Origin: a virus
Lineage: Duplodnaviria; Heunggongvirae; Uroviricota; Caudoviricetes
IMG/VR virus record: IMGVR_UViG_3300042554_002914
DNA: 64,000 bases
Strand: one strand, 5' to 3'
Shown: positions 9,262-19,226 of the stretch, one piece after another
How the letters are laid out: each line of letters starts with the position of its first letter
Position numbering within the stretch: position 1 is the stretch's first letter
Translations under genes and position numbers: made by a program
Notes under the pieces: model-generated
What the model was told of the DNA's origin: nothing
What the model saw: only the letters and a program-made list of their open reading frames with translations
Database searches by the model: none

Positions 9262-9545
9262 TGTGTAGGGTTGGTGAGTATTTATACCTAGTGCTTGGCT
9301 AGGATGGGCGCCACTCGATGTCGTTGACTCCTATAAGTTGGTGAGTATTTATACCTAGTGCTGGTTAGGTTAGGGGCCGTTTTGTGTCGTTGACTTCTGG
9401 GGGGCCGTAAGTATTTATACTCACTGCCGGCTAAGTCGGAGTCCCCCCGGTGTCGTTGGCTCCACACAAGTCAGTAAGTATTTATACTCACTGTTTAAAA
9501 ACAAAAAACCCATAATTTTCGGAGGGGGCGTTAGCCCCCGACTGG
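9262..9545 (-). repeat. tandem array of four roughly 68-bp units, each with a GTATTTATAC (TATAAATA on minus) box and a GTCGTTGAC box, ending in a GC hairpin
   Basis: The units start near 9268, 9336, 9407 and 9474. The hairpin ggggcgttagccccc lies at 9524-9539. Confidence 0.6.
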
Positions 9546-9630
9546 TTCGGGCGCCGTAGGCGGTATCCCGAACCCAATCCCAAGGCAATCAACCCTCAGG
9601 CAACCAACCCATCGATCACCAACCCATCGG

Positions 9631-9670
9631 CAACCACCGGCAACCACCGGCAACCACCGGCAACCAACCC
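9631..9670. repeat. (CAACCACCGG)n decamer tandem repeat
   Basis: caaccaccgg occurs 3 times in full plus partial flanking copies. Confidence 0.6.
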
Positions 9671-9699
9671 CCTAACCCCCCCAAACACCCCCCCAACAA

Positions 9700-11085
9700 T
9701 CACAAAACCTCAGGCAAAACATAGCCCTTAATCTTCGCAACCCGCCTATTCAAAATAGCCCAATCATCCAAATCCTTAAACCTAAAGTGAGCAGACCCCT
9801 TTAAGAAAACCTTAAACTCAAAGAAACCCCAATCTTGCCATACCCCTGGTTCCAATCGGTCTTTGCCACAAACGGGGTCTTTAACGGCATCATAATCTTT
9901 GCCAGTCAAAGTAGATAGGACCTTAATTAGATCCGCCACCTTATAGTAATTAGTCTCATAGGACCTAACAGATACGGTCCCCCCACTCCAATCTTTCTCC
10001 GCAAAGTACGGCAAAATAAACTTCTTCCCAAATAAATACTGCTCATTGGTTTTCCACCCTTCTACACCATGCCTATTATCGTGATAATGTTTGGTGAAAG
10101 CATCGAAAACTTGCTCTACAGTCCTATCTAATCGCTGATCCTGAGTTGCAATAACAATTTCCAACATCCTGTAGATATTCCTCATTGTAAACGGAACCTT
10201 ACTTTGTTGCTCCACAAACCTGTTAATATCTTTAAGCAATTCCATAGTTGCCAATTTCTCCATTCCCATCTTACTAAATACAAATTCCCACGCTGATCTT
10301 TGCAGGTCTTTTTGAAAGTCATTCCTTGCTTTTGCCTGGCCATTTTCCGTACAGACAAATGCGATATTTGATTTGTAAAATCCTTTCAGAACCCTATTTA
10401 TACCAACTGCAGACTCAATTTGTTTGTCATAAATCCTGCAGGCTTCCACGTATCTGTTGACGATATCTCTAACAAAATTATACGGAATCAGACCCTCTCC
10501 TTCAGCTTCAATTGCATCGGGACCCATAAAGAACCCATTAAACTCATCATCAGAACCCAAGGCAGGCTTCCTCAAGGTAACTAATCCTATTGCCACATCC
10601 GTAGAACGTTCCGCATCCTTAAAGACCTCACCCAAGTTCTCAACGTGCCCGTAGTTCCTAACTAGGGATCCTAGTTGTCTACGAGCCAAAGAATATTCAT
10701 TCCGCACAGTCTCCCAATTGCATAATGACACAATTTGACACCCTGGTGGTGCAATCTCGAAGGCATAGTTAATATGTTTTTCGTCCCCACTGAAAGGGGG
10801 ATTCATTATGATGAAGTCCACATGGCTTATTGCTTCCGGTTGAACATCCAGGAAGTCGGTTCCAATTAGTTTACATTGTTTTGCTGCCAGGATTGCCCTG
10901 AGGTTATCATCAATTTCACACGCCAGAACTTCACTAGCCCCATATTGCAAACAACCTTCTACCAAATTGCCAGAACCTGCGGATGGCTCCAGAATGACTT
11001 TGCCATTCAAGTCGAATGGCCCCAGCATTGCGCCTATAACTTGGTCGGGAGTCGGATAATAGTCCTTGTTGTTATAGGATGGCAT
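9700..11085 (-). CDS. N6-adenine DNA methyltransferase with a long C-terminal extension
   Basis: Motif I (EPSAGSGNL) precedes motif IV (NPPF) in the N-terminal roughly 100 aa. The protein is 461 aa. Confidence 0.8.
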   Translation of the reverse strand: MPSYNNKDYYPTPDQVIGAMLGPFDLNGKVILEPSAGSGNLVEGCLQYGASEVLACEIDDNLRAILAAKQCKLIGTDFLDVQPEAISHVDFIIMNPPFSGDEKHINYAFEIAPPGCQIVSLCNWETVRNEYSLARRQLGSLVRNYGHVENLGEVFKDAERSTDVAIGLVTLRKPALGSDDEFNGFFMGPDAIEAEGEGLIPYNFVRDIVNRYVEACRIYDKQIESAVGINRVLKGFYKSNIAFVCTENGQAKARNDFQKDLQRSAWEFVFSKMGMEKLATMELLKDINRFVEQQSKVPFTMRNIYRMLEIVIATQDQRLDRTVEQVFDAFTKHYHDNRHGVEGWKTNEQYLFGKKFILPYFAEKDWSGGTVSVRSYETNYYKVADLIKVLSTLTGKDYDAVKDPVCGKDRLEPGVWQDWGFFEFKVFLKGSAHFRFKDLDDWAILNRRVAKIKGYVLPEVL

Positions 11086-11163
11086 TAGGTTGCGGGGGGT
11101 GGTTGGTGGTTGGTAGTGGTGGGACGGCAGGTAGTGGGGAGTAATGGGCTTAGTCGGGTGGTG

Positions 11164-11544
11164 TCACTGCAGGCATTCAATAGCAACATATTCAGCGGCT
11201 TCTGAGTCGCTTTTGATTACTGGAATGCCGTCCAAATACAACGGATCTTGCAGTCCGAAAGGATATTTGCGTAGAATTTCCTTGCGCAATAGCTGTTCAG
11301 CATGATGACCGACAATGATCTCAACTGGGACAAGGCCCCTTTGCTCGACCTCGGCCAAAAGCTCATCAATGCGTTCGCTGACCAGCTTCCCGGATGACAA
11401 GCGCTCTGAGGTGCGCAGCAGCTCGCGGGCGTGATTCATAGCAATGTAGAGCGGGTCATCCTTCTTAAGGCCGTAGGCCATCTGCCACCCGTCAATAGCA
11501 TCAGCAAGCTGCTTCAGGGCGGCGCGAAAGTCGGGTTCAGGCAT
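11164..11544 (-). CDS. hypothetical protein
   Basis: 126-aa minus-strand ORF. Confidence 0.45.
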   Translation of the reverse strand: MPEPDFRAALKQLADAIDGWQMAYGLKKDDPLYIAMNHARELLRTSERLSSGKLVSERIDELLAEVEQRGLVPVEIIVGHHAEQLLRKEILRKYPFGLQDPLYLDGIPVIKSDSEAAEYVAIECLQ

Positions 11545-11611
11545 GGTTGGTCGGTGGCGGGTAGTGGGGGGGGGGTTGTGGTAGGGGGGAACTGGTTTGC
11601 CGTGGCAACGA

Positions 11612-11697
11612 ACCTACTGTAGCATGGTGCCGGGGCCGTGTCAACCCCTAGCTTCAACCTAACAGTAAGCATGGGGCCGTGGCATCGTCAACCCCCC
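11612..11697 (-). promoter_or_regulatory. tandem pair of type-I promoter repeats
   Basis: Two copies of agcatgg(t/g)gcc..gtcaacccc lie 47 bp apart, upstream of 11164..11544. Confidence 0.55.
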
Positions 11698-11702
11698 TAG
11701 GT

Positions 11703-11722
11703 CAGATAAGTATAAATATCTA
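11703..11722. promoter_or_regulatory. palindromic TAAGTATAAATA box (T4 late-promoter-like core)
   Basis: Plus strand reads agataagtataaatatctac. Further copies lie at 12308-12330, 13853-13880, 16747-16768, 17107-17128 and in the 9262-9545 array. Confidence 0.45.
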
Positions 11723-11752
11723 CCCACCCAAACAGTATAAGCACTAAGTCCC

Positions 11753-12280
11753 TCAGTCTACCCTAACAACAATAACCGCACTCTCCAGCAAGGTACCATC
11801 TGGCAACCTGCAAACTACAGAGCTAGTATAAGCCTTGCGCTTGCGATTACCAATCGAAACCACACCTTCCAGCCGATACCCCGTAGGAAAACAACCCTGA
11901 AGTTGCCTCTCCCCGTACAACGTATAAGACTCAATGAGTCCACCCTCGCTATGGCAAATCGAAACCGCCGGAGCTTTGAATCCGATAATAGTATCATGAA
12001 CTCCAACCTTATGACAAATACCCCGACAATCTTCTAGGTTAGGGGAAATATATTGTTGCCATTGCCCTACAGTTAGAGCCAAGGCGTTTTCTTTCCAGTG
12101 GGCTGTAATCGGCGGTTTTTGCTTTCGTGACTTTGGTGGTTTTGAAGTTTTTGTGGTCTTGGGGGTGCGAAGGCTAAATGTTTGCATAGGTGCAGTTTGG
12201 TTGCTGTTTGGTTGTGTACCTACCCTAGCATGATGCCGTGGCAGTGTCAACCCCCATAGCTTCAACCAAACAGCAAGCAT
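11753..12280 (-). CDS. hypothetical protein
   Basis: 175-aa ORF lying downstream of tandem type-I promoters. Confidence 0.45.
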   Translation of the reverse strand: MLAVWLKLWGLTLPRHHARVGTQPNSNQTAPMQTFSLRTPKTTKTSKPPKSRKQKPPITAHWKENALALTVGQWQQYISPNLEDCRGICHKVGVHDTIIGFKAPAVSICHSEGGLIESYTLYGERQLQGCFPTGYRLEGVVSIGNRKRKAYTSSVVCRLPDGTLLESAVIVVRVD

Positions 12281-12306
12281 GGTGCCGGAGCAGTGTCAAC
12301 CCCCCA
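12221..12306 (-). promoter_or_regulatory. tandem pair of type-I promoter repeats
   Basis: ctagcatgatgccgtggcagtgtcaaccccc is followed by aagcatggtgccggagcagtgtcaaccccc. Confidence 0.55.
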
Positions 12307-12334
12307 GGTTAAGTAAGTATTTATACTTAGGCCC

Positions 12335-13018
12335 CTAATCAACCCCCAAAATACCCAAATTCCGATTATCCTGTGGTGTTAACCCCACGGACTTCCTGAC
12401 CCTTAGGTGAACAGTCTCAAACCCCCTCTTGCTTTCTACAATACGACGCACTTTGTCAGACGGGTCATTATAGAGAACTTCTAAAATTTTATCCGAAACA
12501 TCCTTACGCCTAGCAATCTCAATACGAACTCTCTCTTCACTATCTTTATACAACGCTTCAATGAGCCCCAAAGGGAGATTCGGCTTCTTAGCAAGATGAA
12601 ACCTAACCATTTCATAGCCATACAGAGCCAACTTCCATAAAATGAAATCAGGGAGATCTGACTTCAGGGCAAGTTCCATTTGAATATGATTGTTGTGCCC
12701 TAATTTATCAAAAACAGCAAAATACCATTTCTTAGCGTCTTCCCTTTTAAGAATGGCCATTGCGAACTTGAATGCCTTTTTATGGTTAAATGCCTGCTTA
12801 ATTACATCCTCCGATAGTTCCCCCGACGATTTAATAGCCGAAAGAATACCACCCTCAGAAAGTACATTAGGGTCATAGGCACATTTCTGATAACTAAACG
12901 TAACCAATTCCTTAGCACTCAACCCATCCAAAACGCTAATTAACTTATCAGCCTCTTCCTCACTCATTGGGTCGGAATACTCCGAACCTTCATACCAGAT
13001 GCGAAAAAGTTTGTCCAT
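12335..13018 (-). CDS. hypothetical protein
   Basis: 227-aa ORF with a triple tandem promoter upstream. Confidence 0.45.
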   Translation of the reverse strand: MDKLFRIWYEGSEYSDPMSEEEADKLISVLDGLSAKELVTFSYQKCAYDPNVLSEGGILSAIKSSGELSEDVIKQAFNHKKAFKFAMAILKREDAKKWYFAVFDKLGHNNHIQMELALKSDLPDFILWKLALYGYEMVRFHLAKKPNLPLGLIEALYKDSEERVRIEIARRKDVSDKILEVLYNDPSDKVRRIVESKRGFETVHLRVRKSVGLTPQDNRNLGILGVD

Positions 13019-13051
13019 GTTGGTGACTGTTTGGTGACTGTTTGGTTATAG

Positions 13052-13186
13052 ACCTATCCTAGCATGGGGCCATGGTATCGTCAACCCTGTAGCTTTAACC
13101 TAACAGCAAGCATGGTGCCGGAGCAACGTCAACTCCCCTTAGCTTCAACCAAACGGCAAGCACGATGCCGGGGCAGTGTCAACCCC
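13052..13186 (-). promoter_or_regulatory. triple tandem type-I promoter repeats
   Basis: Three copies lie at roughly 50-bp spacing, upstream of 12335..13018. Confidence 0.55.
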
Positions 13187-13413
13187 CTTATTTTGCCCTC
13201 CAGTTTTTACAATTCCAGTCCCCTGGGGTTTTGATGAATGTACCATTTGTGGCAATCCCACTTTTAACAATTAGCTTCCCATTCGGTTTACCTTTAGGTT
13301 GATTAGGAATAGGAATCACAATGGAACTGGCCCTAATGCCAGAACAATTACCAAGATTAAATCCCTGATAACTCCAATACCTGCAGGTTTTACACTTTTT
13401 CATTTTTCCGCTC

Positions 13414-13800
13414 TCATAGATCCAAAAGTTCTCTAATCTGTTCGGCAGTGAGCCTTGAAAGGATAAGCTCCTTTTCTTCTTCACTGAGGTTGTCGATTGT
13501 GACTTCTTTTTTCTTCCTGACAATCTCAAGACAAGTCAAATTCTTAGGATTATCGCCATAGAGAAAGGTATTATCATAATCTTCATCCAAATATTCTTCA
13601 CCCTCAATACAGTCTTGAACTTCAATACTTGGGTTCTTATCATCATTAACAATGGCCTCACGATTTTTGGATGCGACAGAATGGGCATCTTCAAAATCGT
13701 CTGCCATGACCATTACATCATAGGTAATCTTTACCGAATAAAGTTCTTTCATTGGTTGTTGGTTGCTGTTTGGTTGCTGACCGTTTGGTTGTGGACCCAT
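13414..13800 (-). CDS. hypothetical acidic protein
   Basis: 128-aa ORF with a promoter at 13793-13830. Confidence 0.45.
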   Translation of the reverse strand: MGPQPNGQQPNSNQQPMKELYSVKITYDVMVMADDFEDAHSVASKNREAIVNDDKNPSIEVQDCIEGEEYLDEDYDNTFLYGDNPKNLTCLEIVRKKKEVTIDNLSEEEKELILSRLTAEQIRELLDL

Positions 13801-13832
13801 CTTAGCAAGGTTGCCGGTAGGCTGTCAACCCG
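13795..13832 (-). promoter_or_regulatory. type-I promoter repeat
   Basis: Plus strand reads cttagcaaggttgccggtaggctgtcaaccc. Confidence 0.5.
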
Positions 13833-13873
13833 CCATAATTGCTAACTACTGCGGGTCAAATAAGTATAAATAC

Positions 13874-15328
13874 TTACCCCGAAACCCTGCCATCACTAAT
13901 CATTATGCCTTCACTTACCAATAATTCCCGAATCCTATCTGCCTCCTCATAATCACGATTAGCCCTTGCTATGTTGCGCATTTCAATTAGTGCCTGAATT
14001 TCATCGCTTTTTGGTTTTTGAGGCTCGGAAACCTCATGAACCAGTCCCAAAATCCCAGCTAATTCACATAAGAGCCCCCAACGATTTAGAATTTCCCTAT
14101 TTTCATCGCCTGCTGATACAATGGGGCGAGCCAAATAGAATAATTCGCTGATGGCCACAGACGTATTAAGATCATCATTGAGTGCCGAAATGAAGCGGTC
14201 TCGGCTATTTTTTAAGTCTGTAGTTAAAATCAAGGGTTCATTCGTTTGCTGACTAATCCCGTGCCGACTAATTCCATTCCGGCTAGCCCCATGCCAACTA
14301 TCACCATGCCAACCAAACCCCAATGCAGCATTTAATACTTTCCAACCATTGATCGCGGGTATCATTGCCTCTGAATTAAAATCTATCGGCTTCCTGTAAT
14401 GGGCTTGTAATACGAATAACCTAATGGTCATGGGACTAATGCCGGATCCAATTAGGTCTCTAATGGTTGTAAAATTCCCTAGGGATTTAGCCATTTTTTC
14501 TTCACCAACCGTGACAAACCCGTTATGAAGCCAATACCTGGCTAGTTCAGCCCCATTGGCAGCCTCAGATTGGGCGATCTCGTTTTCGTGGTGGGGAAAG
14601 ATCAGATCGGCTCCACCCAAATGAATGTCAATTGTCTCACCTAGTTCTTCCCTAATCATAGCCGAACATTCGATATGCCATCCGGGTCGTCCCCACCCCC
14701 AGGGTGACGGAAAGCCGGGTTCACTCGCCATGGCACTCTTCCAAAGAGCAAAATCAAAAGGGTGGCCCTTCTTTGAGTCGCTATTAACTTGTTGTTGGCC
14801 AAGGTTGCGACCACTTAGTTTCCCGTACCCCTTAAACCCTGTAACCGAGAAGTACATATCCCCGCCCATAGAATAAGCAAATCCCTTATCGGCAAGGTCT
14901 TGAATCATGGCGCGGATTGCATCGAGACTACGGGTAACCCTTGGCATTTTGTCGGCAGGCAGGATGTTCAATGCGCCCATATCCTCCTCAAAGGCCTTAA
15001 TATTACGCTCACTGACGGCCCCGATTGTTGTTCCTTCAGAGTTGGCTTTGGCTAGAATTTTATCATCGATATCCGTATAATTCTGAACAAACGTAACCTC
15101 ATACCCATGCCACATAAAATTACGCCTTAAGACATCCCACACGATATAACTACGGGCGTGCCCTAAGTGGCATAAATCGTAAACGGTAACACCGCAGCAG
15201 TAAATCGAGACCTTGCCTGGAACCAGCGGAGTAAACTTCTCCTTGGCTTTAGTAAGGGTGTTGGTTAGGGTAATGTCGTTAATCATTGTATTTTGTAAGG
15301 TCAATATCCCCATGTCAATCCTTGTCAA
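13874..15328 (-). CDS. cysS: cysteinyl-tRNA synthetase
   Basis: The class-I HIGH motif (CHLGHARSY) and the KMSKS motif (KMAKSLGN) are both present. The protein is 484 aa. Confidence 0.9.
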   Translation of the reverse strand: MTRIDMGILTLQNTMINDITLTNTLTKAKEKFTPLVPGKVSIYCCGVTVYDLCHLGHARSYIVWDVLRRNFMWHGYEVTFVQNYTDIDDKILAKANSEGTTIGAVSERNIKAFEEDMGALNILPADKMPRVTRSLDAIRAMIQDLADKGFAYSMGGDMYFSVTGFKGYGKLSGRNLGQQQVNSDSKKGHPFDFALWKSAMASEPGFPSPWGWGRPGWHIECSAMIREELGETIDIHLGGADLIFPHHENEIAQSEAANGAELARYWLHNGFVTVGEEKMAKSLGNFTTIRDLIGSGISPMTIRLFVLQAHYRKPIDFNSEAMIPAINGWKVLNAALGFGWHGDSWHGASRNGISRHGISQQTNEPLILTTDLKNSRDRFISALNDDLNTSVAISELFYLARPIVSAGDENREILNRWGLLCELAGILGLVHEVSEPQKPKSDEIQALIEMRNIARANRDYEEADRIRELLVSEGIMISDGRVSG

Positions 15329-15620
15329 TCTCCCTTTGATACGAAAAAATCACCCACTGTTGCAGTTGGAGGATATCTTCATTTGTGAGGGGTTCCTTCC
15401 CTTCGTAGATTTTCCTCCAATAGTCCACTCCTTGAGGGGTTTTAAACCAAGGAAAGGCATATATTAAAGAACTGACATTGCCATTCAGAACTTTAATGGC
15501 CTCTTCCCGATCTAAACCCGTAGGGAAGTTTGCCATCTCACTCTTTTCTTCACCTTTAAGACGCTCTACTTCTTTTTGGAGATCTGTGATACAGGCTTCG
15601 AGTTGTTCGTACTTTTTCAT
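15315..15620 (-). CDS. hypothetical protein (paralog of 33650..34015)
   Basis: [14 protein letters not shown] in this ORF matches TPQGIDFW..WVIMSY in the paralog. Confidence 0.45.
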   Translation of the reverse strand: MKKYEQLEACITDLQKEVERLKGEEKSEMANFPTGLDREEAIKVLNGNVSSLIYAFPWFKTPQGVDYWRKIYEGKEPLTNEDILQLQQWVIFSYQREIDKD

Positions 15621-15804
15621 GGGGGAACCGGTAGTTGGTTTTGTGTGGTTGCTGTTTGGTTACGGGTTCATTGTAGACCCAATGCGAGCCCAATGTGGGC
15701 TCAATGTAGACTCAATGTAGCATAGTACCGGAGCCCAGCCCCTACAATGGTTGCTCTGTGTAGTTGTGGTTACGACCCCACCATAGCATGATTCCGAAGC
15801 AAAA

Positions 15805-16317
15805 TCAATCCCTGCCCTTAGCAAGGTACATCCGGTCAAAAATCATAAACGGCAATTCATTATTTGCGGTACCTAAATTACCTTCCACAAACTCAATAAT
15901 TAGATCCTGCATTACTCTGGCGTACTCCGGGTGAGACTCCACAAACTTGATTGCCCCCGGTGTTAATGCCGATGCAATCGTGGATAGGGCTTCAGGTTCC
16001 AGAGAATTAGCTTTTTCCGGTGTTTGTTGTGTTCCCTGTTCGGGGTTGGCCGGGTCTGGATCTGGGCCAAGAATTTCAATTTCCCTAATATTGTAACCAG
16101 TAGTTGATAGTTGGATTTTCACAATATCATTGCCATGGGGGGTCAAGCCTTCGCAGTAACAGCCATCTATTTTATAGGATAAGCAGCTGCAGATAGTGTA
16201 AGGATAGAATTCGGAGTGATTGGCTGATACTAGGGCATTAAGAATAATTCGTCCGTCACGAAGCTCAACATCAACTTCTTTGCCGACGAATTGTGAGAGG
16301 TTTAGTTTCAGTACCAT
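15805..16317 (-). CDS. hypothetical protein (N-terminal paralog of 5859..6539)
   Basis: NLSQFVGKEVDVELRDG is shared with the paralog. A T10 tract lies immediately upstream of the ATG. Confidence 0.45.
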   Translation of the reverse strand: MVLKLNLSQFVGKEVDVELRDGRIILNALVSANHSEFYPYTICSCLSYKIDGCYCEGLTPHGNDIVKIQLSTTGYNIREIEILGPDPDPANPEQGTQQTPEKANSLEPEALSTIASALTPGAIKFVESHPEYARVMQDLIIEFVEGNLGTANNELPFMIFDRMYLAKGRD

Positions 16318-17123
16318 TGTAAAAAAAAAAGGGGGAGGGTGATCTGAATGGTTGCTATTTAGCTTTAATCGGGGGTACGGTTACTAGGGCTTATCAGTCG
16401 CCCATAACCTCAGCTTACCCACAGTATAACGCTCCCGGCCATGCTTAGCGATGTCCCTACCCTCCAGCAGCTTCCACATCCTACGCTTGGCGCAATCCAA
16501 ACTCCTACATGCCCACGCATGGCAAGCAAGCCCGTACTGAGCCCGCAGGGAGTCGGTTATGGGGTTAAGGGGATGGTCGGATGGTGTGGGCATTGGGTTG
16601 GTTGGTTGGTTGGGGGTTGGTTGGTGAGGCCATTATAGCACGGATGCGCCAAGGGTATGCCCAGGGTATGCCACAGGTGCAGGGTGCTAATACCCGGTAA
16701 GATACTACCCTGTGGGGCATCGTGTTGCTAACACCCCCCCCCGAAGTCAATAAGTATAAATACCTACTTAACCCTGGGGCCAATAACACCCTTCCGCACC
16801 AATCCTAGAGTCAATACCCCGAGGCTAATAACACCCTGCCGCACCAATCCTGGAGTCAATACCCCGAAGTCAATACCCCGAAGTCAACTACCACGCAGCG
16901 CCAACCTACCACTACTGCCACCAACCTGAGTATTTAATCCCACTCCATTGGCCGCCTGAGCACCCATTCGAGTTCCACGGAGATCATTTTGATTGTCGGG
17001 GGGGACAGGGATGGCCGGGGCACCAAAGCAGCGCCCTCACCCCGTAATTATACCACGCTGGGGGACCTTGGCAAGATGCTATCGGGGATCGCTGACTGTT
17101 ACGGGTGAGATAGGTATTTATAC

Positions 17124-17426
17124 TCAGTGCCGTTTCTTTGAGTTTCTGCCACTGTACCCACTGACTGGGATTGGGTTACCGTTTAGCTCTCTTTCGTCTG
17201 CCAAATGCCATGCGATGGCCTCTGCTATTGCGGCTAATTTTTTACGTGCTGGTTTAGTGTAGAGGTATAATCCTTCCATTTCTTTGTTATTTGGGTCTCC
17301 TTCAATTTCAGATGTCAATTGGACAAGTTCCTGCTTTGAGTATTTTTTGTAGTATGTGTTTGAAGTTGGCATTATGTTAAGGGGAAAAGAAAGGGCCATC
17401 GCCATGCAGCAACAACCCCACAACAA
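17124..17426 (-). CDS. hypothetical protein
   Basis: 100-aa minus-strand ORF. Confidence 0.35.
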   Translation of the reverse strand: MLWGCCCMAMALSFPLNIMPTSNTYYKKYSKQELVQLTSEIEGDPNNKEMEGLYLYTKPARKKLAAIAEAIAWHLADERELNGNPIPVSGYSGRNSKKRH

Positions 17427-17483
17427 TCAGTGGGGGTCCTAGTCAGCCCGAGGGCCATCACTGTGGCCCCCCTAACGGGTATG

Positions 17484-18665
17484 TCACTTCCTGGTTTGAA
17501 CAGGCATCACCAAATATGCGTAACATGCCCCATCATTGGAATTAATCGGAGTCAAAACTGCTGGTGTTGTCGGTGCGTTCATTTGAATTTGAACTTTATC
17601 TGCGCCCATAACCTTAGTTTTCAGGACTTCGATTAGGTAACGCACGTTGAATGCGATTGTGATTTCCGGGCTATCACCAATGACTGGCAGATCCTCATTG
17701 AATTGCATTAATCCATCGGCATCGGCTCTAATTGTGGCCCCAACTTCAGTAAACTCAAACTTGACTACATTGTTATGATGCGCAGCCACAACAGCAGCTT
17801 GCTCAAGTGTAGTCAGCAGAGAAAGACGATCAAAGACAGCGACCGACATAAAATTATTAGGAATCAACTGCCGATAGTTAGGGTATTGCCCATCTACCAA
17901 TCGGAATTGAACCTTATAGGTGCCGTACACCATGGTAACATCTTGCTTGGATACAGTGAAGGAAACCGGACTAAACTTAGGCTTAGCACCAATAATCCTG
18001 GCAATCTCTGCTAGGATCTTAGCGGGCATCGTAAAGTTAAATTCTGTTTCCTCAGTATCAACAATGTCATCCAAAGTCAAAACTGATAACCTGTGCCCGT
18101 CCGTAGCAGCAAAAGTCAAAGAATTGCCAGCAAGTTGTAGGTTGACCCCGGTAAGGAGCATCTTGGCCTGGTCCGAACTTGCCGAAAACAGGGTACTACC
18201 CAGGCCACTAACAAACTCAGCAGGTTGCACGCCGAATGTTACTGTGTCGGTGGCACCACTGGCTGTGACTGGCACACTCGGAAAATCATCTGCTGAGATC
18301 GTATTGATCTTAACTGCTGCACCTTTATCTGAAGAAACCAACAACTTACCTTCAGAATCGTCGGGGTCAAAACTAAGGATGACCGCCGAAGTCTTAGGCA
18401 TCCCGTTTACGATATCCTTAAGGGTGGACACCGAAGCAGTAATTGAACCTGGAGACTCCACCGATGCAGCAATATCGACTGATACTTGTTTGATGAAACC
18501 GGAATTATTTCCCAGATCATACACCGTGGCCACCAACTTACCTGTATCAGGAACAGCGGTAAGCAACACATTGAAGAGAACAGGATGCTTAGCCCGCTTA
18601 TCATAGTTCCGTGCTAGAACTTTCAAGGCTTGGCTGAAATCAGATTGGGCAACTACGGCTTTCAT
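17484..18665 (-). CDS. dnaN: DNA polymerase III beta sliding clamp-like protein
   Basis: The 393-aa length and the N-terminal pattern (MKAVVAQSDFSQALKVLARN) are typical of bacterial beta clamps. The call rests on overall pattern only. Confidence 0.55.
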   Translation of the reverse strand: MKAVVAQSDFSQALKVLARNYDKRAKHPVLFNVLLTAVPDTGKLVATVYDLGNNSGFIKQVSVDIAASVESPGSITASVSTLKDIVNGMPKTSAVILSFDPDDSEGKLLVSSDKGAAVKINTISADDFPSVPVTASGATDTVTFGVQPAEFVSGLGSTLFSASSDQAKMLLTGVNLQLAGNSLTFAATDGHRLSVLTLDDIVDTEETEFNFTMPAKILAEIARIIGAKPKFSPVSFTVSKQDVTMVYGTYKVQFRLVDGQYPNYRQLIPNNFMSVAVFDRLSLLTTLEQAAVVAAHHNNVVKFEFTEVGATIRADADGLMQFNEDLPVIGDSPEITIAFNVRYLIEVLKTKVMGADKVQIQMNAPTTPAVLTPINSNDGACYAYLVMPVQTRK

Positions 18666-18902
18666 GTGACAGGGGGGTAGATGGTTTGGTGACGGTGGGC
18701 TTAAGGGGGGGGGTCCAAAACCCGCTACTCACAAGGTAATTATAGGGGACAGGGGGCCAAATGTCAACCCCCATGCCCTTGGTTTCGGTGCTGGCATTGC
18801 TGGTATTGCTTGCATTGCTGGTATTCGATCAATTCTTAGCCAATTCTTAGCCAACTCGTGGTCAACTATCAATCGGCCATTAGAATTAACGCATGGCCAC
18901 AA

Positions 18903-19226
18903 TCAAACCGCTAGCATAGCCGCTAAACGGGCCGCCTGTTTCTGGCTACGGGCTTGCGCTTGACGGCGATATTGGGCCTTTGCAGTTGCAATCAGGGAAG
19001 TAGCTTCAAGCAAGTTGACTGCAAGGGAGGCAGCACCGATGGCATTGGCCCATTTGAGCAGAGATGCACGATTCATGGCAACTGTGGGCCAGCCTGGTAC
19101 ATTATACACCCCCTTAGCCACAACTTCAAGCGGCTGTTTGAGGATTTCCTGGATTTGGGCGATCGTAGTGATTTTCATGGTAGTTTTCATGGTTGTTTTC
19201 ATGGTTGTTGCGTTCAATGAATACAA
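18903..19226 (-). CDS. hypothetical protein with an N-terminal MKTT tandem repeat
   Basis: 107-aa ORF. The repeat atgaaaac(t/c)acc x3 lies at 19180-19210. Confidence 0.35.
   Translation of the reverse strand: MYSLNATTMKTTMKTTMKITTIAQIQEILKQPLEVVAKGVYNVPGWPTVAMNRASLLKWANAIGAASLAVNLLEATSLIATAKAQYRRQAQARSQKQAARLAAMLAV

Noticed and set aside
9521-9542. Rho-independent terminator call for the GGGGGC-GTTA-GCCCCC hairpin
   Set aside because: On the coding (minus) strand the hairpin is followed by UCCGAAAAUUAUGGG before the U-run begins. No contiguous U-tract directly abuts the stem. It may still pause or terminate transcription, but it is not a canonical intrinsic terminator.
9262-9545. Possible CRISPR array (regularly spaced repeats of about 68 bp)
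   Set aside because: The units hold two separate conserved boxes (a TATAAATA-type box and a GTCGTTGAC box) with variable sequence between them. They are not identical 25-40-bp direct repeats separated by unique spacers. There are only four units. They match the promoter-like motifs seen elsewhere in the window.
17920-18606. Long plus-strand ORFs, including 17920..18606 (228 aa), 35689..36324 (211 aa), 46072..46680 (202 aa), 46575..47006, 6539..6853 and 8240..8563
   Set aside because: Each lies antisense within a minus-strand gene that has clear homology or coherent composition. Their sequences are low-complexity or mirror-image, for example the His/Arg-rich ORFs opposite the poly-Asp tail at 50082..50355. 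No promoter motifs are oriented for the plus strand.
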